From Nitrososphaerota archaeon (lineage in GTDB: Archaea; Thermoproteota; Nitrososphaeria; PSMU01), in assembly GCA_040290255.1 (NCBI GenBank), contig PSMU01000002.1, forward strand, positions 224,001 to 288,000: 64,000 nt of DNA, given 5' to 3'. The notes beneath the pieces are model-generated. The model saw only the letters and a program-made list of their open reading frames with translations. It was not told the origin of the DNA and did not search any database. A program made the translations under genes and the position numbers. This document shows, piece after piece, positions 46,200 through 55,843 of this stretch (positions are counted from its first letter, which is position 1; the number at the start of each line of letters is the position of its first letter).

Positions 46200-46607
46200 T
46201 CATCCCTCTTGGGCCTCCTCGGAGAGCGAGGAGCCCAGGTATCCGTAAAGCGCCAGCTTGAGCACCTTTAGCGGCAGCAGCGCGCACTTGATCCTCACGG
46301 GGCCGAGCTCTGGGAGGCCCATGTTCTCCAGCAGCACCTCCTTGGTGATACCCCTGACCTCCTCTATGCTCTTGCCCTGGACGAGCTCCGAAAGGATGGA
46401 CGCGGCCGCCTGGCTTATGGCGCAGCCCTTTCCCTCGAAGGCCACATCGGCGACCCGGCCATCCTCCAGCCTCAAGTAGTATTCTACGACGTCGCCGCAG
46501 AAAGGGTTCGAGTCCCTGGCGTGCGCGTTGTGCCTCTCCAGCCTGCCCTTATGGCGAGGATTTCGGTAATGGTCCAGGATGAGGTCGACGTAGGCATCGC
46601 TAGCCAT
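46200..46607 (-). CDS. sufU: SufU/IscU-type Fe-S scaffold / sulfur transfer protein
   Basis: DHYRNPR, NPFCGD, GCAISQA, RIKCALL. TGATG overlap with sufS. Confidence 0.9.
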   Translation of the reverse strand: MASDAYVDLILDHYRNPRHKGRLERHNAHARDSNPFCGDVVEYYLRLEDGRVADVAFEGKGCAISQAAASILSELVQGKSIEEVRGITKEVLLENMGLPELGPVRIKCALLPLKVLKLALYGYLGSSLSEEAQEG

Positions 46608-47845
46608 CAAGCGAGCACCTCCCGGGCCCTCTTAAGGCCCTCCGCAAGGCGCTCGACCTCCTCCTCCTGGTTATAAAGGTAAAAGCTGGCCCTGCAGCTC
46701 GCCTCAAGGCCCAGCCTGGTGTGAAGCGGCATGGTGCAGTGATGGCCCGAGCGTATCGCCACGCCCTCCCTGTCCAGGATCGCGGCCACGTCATGGGGGT
46801 GCACGCCGTTCACGTTAAACGCGACGAGCCCCACCCTCTCATCGGCCTCCCTTGGGCCATATAGCGTGATGAAGGGCAGCTCACCGAGGAGGTCCAGGGC
46901 CAGCCTCGTCAAGGCCACGTCGTGCTGCCTTATCCAGCCCCGGCCCACCCCCTCCAGATAATCGACCGCGGCCCCCAGCGCTACGGCGCCGGCCACGTTG
47001 GGCGTGCCCGCCTCGAACTTCCAGGGCACCTCATTCCAAGTGGCATGGTCCAGGTATACCTCCTTGATCATCTCCCCGCCCCCATGAAAGGGCTCCATCT
47101 CGTCAAGCAGCTCCCTCTTGGCATAGAGCGCGCCTATGCCCATTGGAGCGAGCATCTTGTGCCCCGAGAGCGCGTAGAAGTCGCAGCCCAGCTCCGGCAC
47201 GCTCGTAGGAAGGTGGGGGGCCCCCTGCGCCCCGTCGACGAGCACGCGCGCGCCGCGATCATGGGCCAGGCGCACCAGGCGGTCCAGCCTGGGAATGGTG
47301 CCCAAGACGTTAGAGGCCTGCGTCACGGCCACCAGCTTGGTCCTATCGTCCACAAGGGCCTCCAGCTGCTCCTCCTTCAGCTGCCCCTCCTCATCGATGT
47401 CCACGTACCTGAGCTGAGCGCCCCTCTCCTTCGCCAGGAGCTGCCACGGGACGATGTTGCTGTGGTGCTCCATTATGGTGAGCACGATATTATCGCCTTG
47501 CCGCACGTGCGCCCTGCCCCAGCTGTACGCTACAAGGTTTATCGCTTCGGTGGCGCCGCGCACGAAGACGACTTCTCTCGCGCTCTTGGCTCCCAAGAAC
47601 CGCGCGACCTTGAGCCTAGCCGCTTCATAGGCCTCCGTCGCCTCTTCAGCTAGCCTGTGTATCGCCCTGTGCACGTTGGCGTTGCTTCGCTCATAAAAGC
47701 CCAAGTAGGCCTCGAGCACCTGGCGCGGCTTCTGCGTGGTCGCGGCGTTGTCCAGGTAGGCTAGGGGCTTGCCGTTCACCATCCTGGAGAGAATCGGGAA
47801 GTCGAGCCTGATGCGCTCGACCTTGGCCTGCTGGCCCAAGGCCAC
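46607..47845 (-). CDS. sufS: Cysteine desulfurase (SufS, group II)
   Basis: YLDNAATTQKP, EHHSN, SGHKM, RSGHHC. Confidence 0.95.
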   Translation of the reverse strand: MALGQQAKVERIRLDFPILSRMVNGKPLAYLDNAATTQKPRQVLEAYLGFYERSNANVHRAIHRLAEEATEAYEAARLKVARFLGAKSAREVVFVRGATEAINLVAYSWGRAHVRQGDNIVLTIMEHHSNIVPWQLLAKERGAQLRYVDIDEEGQLKEEQLEALVDDRTKLVAVTQASNVLGTIPRLDRLVRLAHDRGARVLVDGAQGAPHLPTSVPELGCDFYALSGHKMLAPMGIGALYAKRELLDEMEPFHGGGEMIKEVYLDHATWNEVPWKFEAGTPNVAGAVALGAAVDYLEGVGRGWIRQHDVALTRLALDLLGELPFITLYGPREADERVGLVAFNVNGVHPHDVAAILDREGVAIRSGHHCTMPLHTRLGLEASCRASFYLYNQEEEVERLAEGLKRAREVLA

Positions 47846-48153
47846 TATTCCTCTACCTCTATGAACAGGTCATCATCCTCTCTTATAACCTTATAGACCT
47901 TGAGGGGCCTCTCGGCAGGTGGGTTCAGCACCTCGCCCGTCTCAAGGAGAAACTGGGAGAGGTGCCTAGTACAGACGATGCTGTCCTCCAGCAGCAGGCC
48001 ATGGGCCAGGTCGAAGTCTTCGTGCGTGCAGTAGCCCTCGAGGCAGTAGACCCTCTCGCCTCGCCTGACGAGGATCAGATGAAGGGGCCCTAGGTCCAGC
48101 GCCCTTACCTCCCCGTCCGCCAGCTCCGAAAGCCTGCAGGCATAATGCTTCAT
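47845..48153 (-). CDS. Rieske-type [2Fe-2S] ferredoxin
   Basis: CTH...CTRH ligands, F.LETG. Confidence 0.88.
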   Translation of the reverse strand: MKHYACRLSELADGEVRALDLGPLHLILVRRGERVYCLEGYCTHEDFDLAHGLLLEDSIVCTRHLSQFLLETGEVLNPPAERPLKVYKVIREDDDLFIEVEE

Positions 48154-48154
48154 C

Positions 48155-49552
48155 CTACCTGGTGGGCCTATACTTGTAGTGCGTCTGGAAGACGTCGTAC
48201 AGCGAGATGTGCCGGGCCTCGGCCTCCGGCAGCGGCTCCTCGGCCGCCACCAAGGGGGCTTGGCCCATCTCCTGCCAGCGCTCCGCTATCAGCCGCCTCA
48301 TCTTGTGCCTTGCCTCGGGAAGCGGGATCTGCTGTATGAGCGGCTCGAAGAAGGCCTGCACGAGCATAAGGCGCGCCTCCTCCTCCGTGAAGCCCCGGGC
48401 CATCAGGTAAAAGACCTGCTCCTCATCCAGCTGGGCCACCGAGCCGGCGTGGGTGGCCCTCACCTCATTGGTGGCTATCTCGAGGCTGGGTATCGGGTCC
48501 ACCCTCGCGCCCCGGTCCAGCACCATCGCGCTCTCGCCCAGGTAGGAGTCCGAGTACTTGGCCGCGTTCAGGATCTTAATCAGGCCCTTCAGCACCGCGA
48601 CGGAGGTCTGCCGCGCGATGCTCCTGGTCAGCGAGAGGCTCCTCGTGTAGGGCCTCTCGTGTAGGAGCAGCGTATGCAGGTCAAACCTCTGGCGTCCCCT
48701 CGAGAAGCAGGCCTCGAAGCACTCCGAAGAGGAGCCCTCGCCCACCAGGGCGGAGTGAAGCCTTGACCTCAGCACCAACCCTCCAAAGTGGCCCACCATC
48801 CACCGCACCCTGGCATCCCTTTTAGCGAAGGAGGTCCTGTTCAGCAGCACGTTCGTGTTCTGCGGCAGGTCCTGAACCGCGACGACGTTGACCTCGCTGT
48901 TATCTCCGGCCACCACCTCCAAGGCCTGTCCGAAGAGGCCTCCCTCCTCCCTGGCCGGCGCATATGCCTCCCAGACGACGGTGAGCGAAGCGCCCTCGCC
49001 CACCGATATGAAGTCCCTGGTGAAGGAGCTCCTGGCCTCCCTCTGTAGTGTGAGCACGTGCAGGGGGCTCTTCACCTGCAGCCCCGCCGGCACCTGAAGC
49101 ACAAAGCCATCGGTGAAGAAGGCATGAATCAACGCCGAGGCCTTATCCTCGTCGGGCCTCATGCCCGCCTGCGCGAACAGCTCCCTCGCCCCCTGCTCGT
49201 CCTGGCCGATAAGCGAGGCCAGGCTTACTAAGCGCACCCCCTGGGCGGCGAGCTGCTCGCAGTTCAGGGCCTCAGCGAGGTGGCCATCCACAAAAACCAG
49301 GAGGGGGCCGGGCACCTGCTCCTGTAGCTTGCTCAGGAGCTCCCTCTCGACCGAAGGCCTCGTCGCCGCGGGCGCAAGCCTTGAGGGATCGAAGGCCTCC
49401 GGGTCGACATACTTCGTGTAAAGGGGCGAGGGCTCCGGCGGCAGGTCGCGATAGAGCCTCAGCGCTACAAGCCTCATCTGCCTCAGCCAGGCCGGCTCCT
49501 CCTTGGACTGAAGTAGCCTCTCCAGCTCGGCCAGCGCGGGCTCTAGGGCCAT
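48155..49552 (-). CDS. sufD: Fe-S cluster assembly protein SufD
   Basis: PSLEIATNEVRATHAGSV, FYLMARG. Lies between sufB and the Rieske gene. Confidence 0.88.
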   Translation of the reverse strand: MALEPALAELERLLQSKEEPAWLRQMRLVALRLYRDLPPEPSPLYTKYVDPEAFDPSRLAPAATRPSVERELLSKLQEQVPGPLLVFVDGHLAEALNCEQLAAQGVRLVSLASLIGQDEQGARELFAQAGMRPDEDKASALIHAFFTDGFVLQVPAGLQVKSPLHVLTLQREARSSFTRDFISVGEGASLTVVWEAYAPAREEGGLFGQALEVVAGDNSEVNVVAVQDLPQNTNVLLNRTSFAKRDARVRWMVGHFGGLVLRSRLHSALVGEGSSSECFEACFSRGRQRFDLHTLLLHERPYTRSLSLTRSIARQTSVAVLKGLIKILNAAKYSDSYLGESAMVLDRGARVDPIPSLEIATNEVRATHAGSVAQLDEEQVFYLMARGFTEEEARLMLVQAFFEPLIQQIPLPEARHKMRRLIAERWQEMGQAPLVAAEEPLPEAEARHISLYDVFQTHYKYRPTR

Positions 49553-49554
49553 GC

Positions 49555-50949
49555 TTAGCCCACCGCGCCCGTCATCTCAAGCTCTATGAGCCGGTTGAAC
49601 TCCACGGCATACTCCATGGGCAGCGTCTTGGTGAAGGGCTCCAAGAAGCCCATCACCACGAGGTTGAGCGCCTCGGACTCCGTGAGGCCCCTGCTCATGA
49701 GGTAGAAGAGCTGGTCCTCGCCCACCTTCCCCACGGTCGCCTCGTGGGTGACGGTGGCGTCGCTCTCATAGATCTCCATATAGGGATACGTATCGGTCCT
49801 GGAGCGCTCATCGAGCAGGAGCGCGTCACACCTTACGCCCGCCTTCACGTTCGTGGCGCCCCTGGCCACGTGCACGAGGCCTCGGTATGTGGTCCTCCCG
49901 CCGTCCTTGGAGACCGACTTCGAGGTGATGCGAGATGTGGTGTTGGGCGCCAGGTGCACGGCCTTCGCGCCCGCATCCTGATGCTGGTCCTTGCCCGCAA
50001 AGGCTACGCTCAAGATCTCCGCCCTGGCCCCGGGCCCGACCATATACACGCTGGGGTACTTCATGGTGACCCTGCTGCCCACGTTCGCGTCCACCCACTC
50101 GACGAAAGCATTCCTGTGGGCGATTGCCCTCTTCGTAACGAGGTTATAGACGTCCTTGCTCCAGTTCTGAAGCGTGGTGTACCTGACGTGGGCGCCCTCC
50201 ATCGCGATGATCTCGACCACCGCGCTGTGCAGCGATTGAGTGGAGTAAACCGGCGCCGTGCAGCCCTCCAGGTAATGCACCTTACTATAGGGCTCGGCGA
50301 TTATGAGCGTGCGCTCGAACTGGCCTATGTTGGAGGCGTTGATCCTAAAGTAGGCCTGCAGCGGCAGCTCCACGTGAACGCCGCGCGGCACGTAGACAAA
50401 GCTCCCCCCTGACCATACGGCCGTGTTGAGGGCCGCGAATTTATTATCCTCAGGAGGGATGACCGTCCCAAAGTACTTCCGGACGATGTCGGGGTACTTC
50501 TGCACGGCCGTGTCCGTGTCACAGAAGATTACGCCCTTCTTCTCCAAGTCCTCCCTTATCCTATGGTATACGACCTCGCTTTCATACTGGGCACCAACGC
50601 CCGCCAGGAACTTTCTCTCGGCCTCAGGAATGCCCAGCCTTTCGAAGGTCTTCTTTATGTACTCCGGCACCTCCTCCCAGCTCCGGGCCTTGCCCTCCGT
50701 GGGCCTGGCATAGTACCTTATGTTATGGAAGTCAAGCCCGCTCAGGTCCGCTCCCCAGGTGGGCATCGGCTTCCTTAGGAAGACTTCATAGGCCCTCAGC
50801 CTTATCCTCGTCATCCATTCAGGCTCCCTCTTCAGCTCCGAGATGGCCCTGACCACGCGCTCGCTGAGCCCCGGCTCGAGCAGGACCTCGTACTTCACGG
50901 GGTCCTTGAAGTCGTACTTGGAATAGTCGAAGTGTATCGAGGAGCTCAT
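49555..50949 (-). CDS. sufB: Fe-S cluster assembly protein SufB
   Basis: AQYESE, GQFERTL, EGCTAP, CDALL, HEATVG, FYLMSRG. Confidence 0.96.
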   Translation of the reverse strand: MSSSIHFDYSKYDFKDPVKYEVLLEPGLSERVVRAISELKREPEWMTRIRLRAYEVFLRKPMPTWGADLSGLDFHNIRYYARPTEGKARSWEEVPEYIKKTFERLGIPEAERKFLAGVGAQYESEVVYHRIREDLEKKGVIFCDTDTAVQKYPDIVRKYFGTVIPPEDNKFAALNTAVWSGGSFVYVPRGVHVELPLQAYFRINASNIGQFERTLIIAEPYSKVHYLEGCTAPVYSTQSLHSAVVEIIAMEGAHVRYTTLQNWSKDVYNLVTKRAIAHRNAFVEWVDANVGSRVTMKYPSVYMVGPGARAEILSVAFAGKDQHQDAGAKAVHLAPNTTSRITSKSVSKDGGRTTYRGLVHVARGATNVKAGVRCDALLLDERSRTDTYPYMEIYESDATVTHEATVGKVGEDQLFYLMSRGLTESEALNLVVMGFLEPFTKTLPMEYAVEFNRLIELEMTGAVG

Positions 50950-51725
50950 GCCTGCTTCAGCACCCCCTCGTAGCCTATCCTTTCCACCTCATCCGCCAGC
51001 TCGGGCCCGCCCGACCTGATGATCCTCCCATCGACAAGGATATGGACAAAGTCGGGCCTCACGTACTGTAGGATCCTGTTATAGTGAGTGATCAGGATCA
51101 TGCCCACCTCAGGCCCCCTGTATGAGTTGATGGCCGCCGATACCCTCTTGAGCGCATCTATATCCAGGCCCGAGTCGGTCTCGTCCAGCACCACGAGCGA
51201 GGGCCTGAGCACGGCCATCTGAAAGATGTCGCCCATCTTCTTCTCGCCGCCGGACCAGCCATCGTTAACGTACCTGTTGGCGAAGTCCTGTGGGAGGCCT
51301 ATCTTGGCCAGGCTATCGAAGAAGTGCCTCCTGAACTCCACGATGGTCGGCTTGGGCGCGCCGGGGGGCCTGGTGGCGTTATAGGCGGCCCTCATGAAGT
51401 TAAAGAGCGAGAGTCCGGAGATGGGCACGGGATACTGGAAGGCCAGGAAGAGGCCGCGCCTGGCCCTCTTATCGGCGGAGAGGGAGGTTATATCTTCCCC
51501 GTTGAGCAGGATCTGGCCCCCATCGACCTTATACTTAGGGTGGCCCATGAGCGTATAGGCCAAGGTGCTCTTGCCCGAGCCGTTAGGGCCCATGATCGCG
51601 TGCACCTCTCCCTTACTCACCGCCAGGTTAACCCCCTTGAGCACCTGCTTGCCCTCGACGCTTACGACCAGCTCCCTGACCTCCAGCCTATCGAACTCAG
51701 GGATCTGTACAGAAGATGCCTGCAT
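50946..51725 (-). CDS. sufC: Fe-S cluster assembly ATPase SufC
   Basis: GPNGSGKST, AFQYP, SGGEKK, LDETDSGLDIDAL, ITHY. Confidence 0.95.
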   Translation of the reverse strand: MQASSVQIPEFDRLEVRELVVSVEGKQVLKGVNLAVSKGEVHAIMGPNGSGKSTLAYTLMGHPKYKVDGGQILLNGEDITSLSADKRARRGLFLAFQYPVPISGLSLFNFMRAAYNATRPPGAPKPTIVEFRRHFFDSLAKIGLPQDFANRYVNDGWSGGEKKMGDIFQMAVLRPSLVVLDETDSGLDIDALKRVSAAINSYRGPEVGMILITHYNRILQYVRPDFVHILVDGRIIRSGGPELADEVERIGYEGVLKQA

Positions 51726-51782
51726 TTTAACCTGCCGCAGGGAGGCGCCATGCTATTTAAGTATAACGGCGTTATCAGAGGC

Positions 51783-53477
51783 TTATCCGTAGGAGTACCT
51801 TACGCCATGCCCTTCCCTCTCGTGGCCGAAGTCGACCGCCTCCGGCGGGCCTATCGTCCCGCACGTTCCACAGGCCACGCAGGCCACGTGGTCGAACCGC
51901 ACAGCTCCCTGCGCTATCTCCTGCCTTGTCCTCCGAAGCGCCTCCCTTTCGGGCCTCCTCAGGCCCATCTCCCTGAGCAGCGCTAGGTTGTAGAGGTAGA
52001 GATCCCTGAAGGAGGCGAAGACGCCCTTCGGAGTAACGAGCGTATAGCAGTTGACGGGGCAGAGCGGCACCCAAGCCTTGACGGGATCCCTCGCGGCGCG
52101 CTCATAGTTCACCCTTATGTGGGAATACTCCTTGTCCTCATCATAGATGAGCAGGCCAGTCCTCTGCTGAACCCTCTGAATGGCGTCCTGCTGCTGGTAA
52201 GCGGAGCGGGCCGGCCCCTTTCGCCTTTGCGCCAGCCTCAGCGTGAAGAGCAGCGAGGGCACGAGCCTATAGGCCACATACCCCTCGGTGAGCAGCGAGT
52301 TCCACCGGGAGCGCGCTATGTCCTTGTAGATGGGCGCGAGCAGCTGGCGGTAGAGCGAGAGCCCCGCCGCGGTGAAGTCCCCCAACTGCTTTGCCCTGAG
52401 GTACGCCTGGGCCGCCATGATGCCAGTCGCTATGGCGCGCCTGATGCCATCTATCAGGGCCCCAATCTTAACGAAGCAGCCGAGGGCATCGCCAGCGACC
52501 AAGAAGCCGTCCCTCAGCGGCTCCTTGAGCATGGCCTGGGGCCCCTTGGGTATGTTATGGGCGGAGTACTCCACCAACTTGGCCCCCTCTAGGAGGGGGG
52601 CGACGATAGGGTGCCGCTCGAACTCCTCCAAGAGGTCCAGCGGCTTGCCCACTTGGTCGAAGTGGCGGGTGCAGGCCTTCACGAGGGAGGCCAGAGAAGC
52701 CACTATGCCCACGGAAAGCGTGTCCTTATTCGTGTAGATGAAGGCGCCTCCCGTGACGCCCCTCATGAAGTGGCCCAGGTAGGTATAGGCGACGCCCTCC
52801 TGGGCGCCCTTTAGTCCAAACCTCCTGTTTATCTCCTCCTCGCCCAGCTGGTAGACATGCTTTACGCCATGGTACACGTCCTCGGGCTGAAGTCGGGGCC
52901 TAAGCCCGGCCTGCTCCACGAGCTTCGAGGTCACGCCTGAAGCGTCTATGACCACGTTCGCCTTCAGCTCCTCCTTTGTGGTCCTCACGCCCGTAACGCG
53001 GCCGTTCTCCAGCAGCAGCGCCTCGACCGTCTGCTCGGTGGCTATCATGGCGCCCGCCTCCTCCGCCTTCTGCGCAAACCATCTGTCAAAGCGGGCCCTC
53101 AGCACGGTCCAGTCATGGCCCGTGGAAACATCCAGGCCCGTAAGGCCCAGCCTCGTAAGCAGGCTCTTCTCGTCAAGCTCCTTATAGCTCCACCAGCTCT
53201 CGCCATTGGCCTCGGCGGCCCGGGAGAGCAGGAAGACCCTCTGCGCCACGACCCTTCTCTCCAGGGGGGCCTCGGCCTCAAAGTTGGGCAGGAGGTCCAA
53301 GAGCCCATAGCCCTTCTCGTACGAGCCATAGAGCACGCCTCCCGTGACGTTCCTGTGCCCAGGCACGCGGGCCTTCTCGAGGACCAGGACATCACAGCCC
53401 CTACTCGCCAGGTAGTAGGAGGCCGCGGAGCCCGCGGGGCCTGCCCCCACAACTATTGCGTCGAATTCGGCCCCCAT
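51783..53477 (-). CDS. fixC: FixC-like FAD oxidoreductase fused to FixX-like ferredoxin
   Basis: GAGPAG, RARFDRW, AGDA, C-terminal CPVNCY...CVACGTC...GVRYSYG. Confidence 0.85.
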   Translation of the reverse strand: MGAEFDAIVVGAGPAGSAASYYLASRGCDVLVLEKARVPGHRNVTGGVLYGSYEKGYGLLDLLPNFEAEAPLERRVVAQRVFLLSRAAEANGESWWSYKELDEKSLLTRLGLTGLDVSTGHDWTVLRARFDRWFAQKAEEAGAMIATEQTVEALLLENGRVTGVRTTKEELKANVVIDASGVTSKLVEQAGLRPRLQPEDVYHGVKHVYQLGEEEINRRFGLKGAQEGVAYTYLGHFMRGVTGGAFIYTNKDTLSVGIVASLASLVKACTRHFDQVGKPLDLLEEFERHPIVAPLLEGAKLVEYSAHNIPKGPQAMLKEPLRDGFLVAGDALGCFVKIGALIDGIRRAIATGIMAAQAYLRAKQLGDFTAAGLSLYRQLLAPIYKDIARSRWNSLLTEGYVAYRLVPSLLFTLRLAQRRKGPARSAYQQQDAIQRVQQRTGLLIYDEDKEYSHIRVNYERAARDPVKAWVPLCPVNCYTLVTPKGVFASFRDLYLYNLALLREMGLRRPEREALRRTRQEIAQGAVRFDHVACVACGTCGTIGPPEAVDFGHEREGHGVRYSYG

Positions 53478-53479
53478 GC

Positions 53480-54610
53480 CTATTGAGCCCGAGGCGTCAG
53501 CAGCTCCTCCTTCCCCGCCCTCACGGCCTTAATCAGCTCGGGCACCACCTCATATAGGTCGCCCACGATGGGATAATGGGCCAGCTCGAAGATGGGCGCA
53601 GAGGGGTCTAGGTTCACCGCTATGATCTTCTTGCTCCTCATCATCCCCACCTTGTGCTGGACGGCGCCGCTCACGCCCAGCGCTATGTAAACATCGGGCG
53701 CGACGGTCTTGCCCGTCTGGCCTATCTGCCGCTCCTTCACGGCCAATCCCTCCAGCTCCTTGAGCTCGGCGTAGAGCAGGGCCCTCGTAATCCCCAACTC
53801 CACCTTAACTCCATAGCGCTCCGAGATGGCCTGTGCCAGCTCGCCCGCCAGCCTCCATGCTTCCGAGGGGCTCCTGGGCCTCCCCTTCCCGTCGCGCAGG
53901 ATTCCGAGGCCCAGTGTGATGACTACCTGAGCCCCCTCAAGGTCAATGGGATCCTTGGGGATCCTCGAGACCTCGAGCAGCCTTATCACGAAGTCCTCCG
54001 GCTGAAGTTCTGGAGCGAAGAACTCCAGCACGCCCCGGCGAGAAGGATTCCTGGGCAGGGGCGAAAAGTTTCCCGGCCTTATCGTGGCCATCTGCGGCCT
54101 GTGCCTGAGCGTGTATATTTTGGCCACCCGGGTCGCGAAGTCCGGCCGGACCTGGGCCAGGACCTTCTTGTACACCGTCTGCGTGGGCGCATGTAGGTAA
54201 TCCTCCACCCTGAGGTCTATGTTATCCGTGGCGAGCCCCGTGCCCAGCCGGTAGGCCAGGCGAGGGGCCAAGTCCCTGCCCACCTCGTCGGCCACGAAGA
54301 GGAAAGCGTTGGGCCTGTAGAGCCTGACGAGCTGCTCCAGCGCCCGCGCATAGGGCAGGCAGAGATAGTGCTCCAGGCTTGGCCCTTCTACGCAGATGAC
54401 CTTATCCGCGCCGTAATATATGGGCTCATGCCTCAGGGCCTCGAGCCCGTGGCCCACCAGCACGGCCACGACCTGCTCCCCCAGCTGGTCCGCCACCGAG
54501 CGCGCCGCGGCGAGGATCTCTAGCGTGGGCCTGGTGAGCGCTCCGTCCTCATGCTGGGCATAGACCCAGACATCCCTATAGCCCGGTATGCCCTCGACCA
54601 CCTTGCTCAT
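53480..54610 (-). CDS. fixB: Electron transfer flavoprotein alpha subunit
   Basis: GRDLAPRLA, QMATIRP, QIGQTGKTV.P.VYIALGVSGAVQH. Confidence 0.9.
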   Translation of the reverse strand: MSKVVEGIPGYRDVWVYAQHEDGALTRPTLEILAAARSVADQLGEQVVAVLVGHGLEALRHEPIYYGADKVICVEGPSLEHYLCLPYARALEQLVRLYRPNAFLFVADEVGRDLAPRLAYRLGTGLATDNIDLRVEDYLHAPTQTVYKKVLAQVRPDFATRVAKIYTLRHRPQMATIRPGNFSPLPRNPSRRGVLEFFAPELQPEDFVIRLLEVSRIPKDPIDLEGAQVVITLGLGILRDGKGRPRSPSEAWRLAGELAQAISERYGVKVELGITRALLYAELKELEGLAVKERQIGQTGKTVAPDVYIALGVSGAVQHKVGMMRSKKIIAVNLDPSAPIFELAHYPIVGDLYEVVPELIKAVRAGKEELLTPRAQ

Positions 54611-55788
54611 CGCCCGAACACCTCCTCCACCAACATGTTCAGCGTGAAGGTGGTGAGCTTCCCCTCTGCCCTTAGCCTCTCCTTGAGCTCCTGGGGCAGG
54701 GCATCGGCGAGCTCGCCCCTCTTAAAGGGGCCAAGGCTTTGGCCGTCCCAGCTGAGGGCGGGCAGGTCCTCGGCGAAGACCAGGCTCCTGCCCACGAACT
54801 TTCTCACGGGGGGCCGGCCGATGTCGACGCCGGGGCCGACGAGCGTGGGCGAGCCGGCGAGGCCTATCTTATCCGGCTCGGCCTCTATTGCCGCTGCATC
54901 CCAGACGATGGGCTGGGGGGTCTTGCCCCTGTAGTTATTTAAGCGGGCCTGGGGCCTTGTGGAGGCCGATATGGGAGGGGGCCTATAGGAGGGGGCTATC
55001 GTCAGCAGCATCGGCAGGGGGCCCGCGAGCCTTTGGAGGTAGGAGCCTATGCGCCTGAGGGCGACGACCTCCCTGCCCGAGTCAGCCAGCGAAAATTCAA
55101 GCACGAAGGTGATGTGCCCCACGATCCTGCCGAGCAGGTGGCTAAGTGCCTCGGCCACCTGAGGGCCCGTGCTGCCCGTCTCGCCGTCCGTGGTCTTTAT
55201 GCCGGCGAAGATGATGATGAGGCCCAGCTCTTCCTTCATCCCCTCCAGCTCCCGTAGGACTTCCTCCCTAGTGAGGGCGCCGCTGGCAAGGCGCGCGATG
55301 AGGTGATCCCTCACGGGCGGTAATTCGGAGTAGATCCTGTTGGGCAGAAGGTTCTTCCGGTATAGCTCCCGCGCCTTCTCGCTCACCTGCTCCAGGGGCG
55401 CGCCCCCCTCTATCAGCTTCCTGAGCTCCTCCAGGGCGGCGATATGCACGTCGAGCACCTTCTTTATGCCCCTCGCCAGCGTATAGGAGGTGGCCCACGT
55501 ATCAGCCCCGGCCATGCGCCTATCGCTGAGTATGTAGACCTCGTCCACGCCCTGCACCTGGCTATGGTAGAGCGGCATGGCGAGGGGTATTAGCTTCGGA
55601 TGAGGCCCCATGGAGATCGCTATGTGCTTGCCCCCCAGGGCCCTCTTTACATAGTCGCCCGCCTCAAAGGCCTTAGAGTCATGAGGGTTGAGGACGAGCT
55701 CCATCGCCTCGCGCCTTAGCACGCCGCCCGCCGTGACCACCTGCGTGGTGCGAGAGGGGACGGCTTTCGTCAGCGTGATAACCAGCAC
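54607..55788 (-). CDS. fixA: Electron transfer flavoprotein beta subunit with insertions
   Basis: K.VP, NPHD, SMGP, SDRRMAGADTWATS, G.KTTDGETG.TGPQVAE, GLAGSPT.V. Confidence 0.88.
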   Translation of the reverse strand: MLVITLTKAVPSRTTQVVTAGGVLRREAMELVLNPHDSKAFEAGDYVKRALGGKHIAISMGPHPKLIPLAMPLYHSQVQGVDEVYILSDRRMAGADTWATSYTLARGIKKVLDVHIAALEELRKLIEGGAPLEQVSEKARELYRKNLLPNRIYSELPPVRDHLIARLASGALTREEVLRELEGMKEELGLIIIFAGIKTTDGETGSTGPQVAEALSHLLGRIVGHITFVLEFSLADSGREVVALRRIGSYLQRLAGPLPMLLTIAPSYRPPPISASTRPQARLNNYRGKTPQPIVWDAAAIEAEPDKIGLAGSPTLVGPGVDIGRPPVRKFVGRSLVFAEDLPALSWDGQSLGPFKRGELADALPQELKERLRAEGKLTTFTLNMLVEEVFGR

Positions 55789-55843
55789 ACCGTGGCAGGC
55801 AGCGGAACCCTTTTAGGCTTAACTGGGCCCTCGCGAGCAGCAG

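Noticed and set aside
49555-50949. Intein in SufB
   Set aside because: Normal length (464 aa) with no intein motifs.
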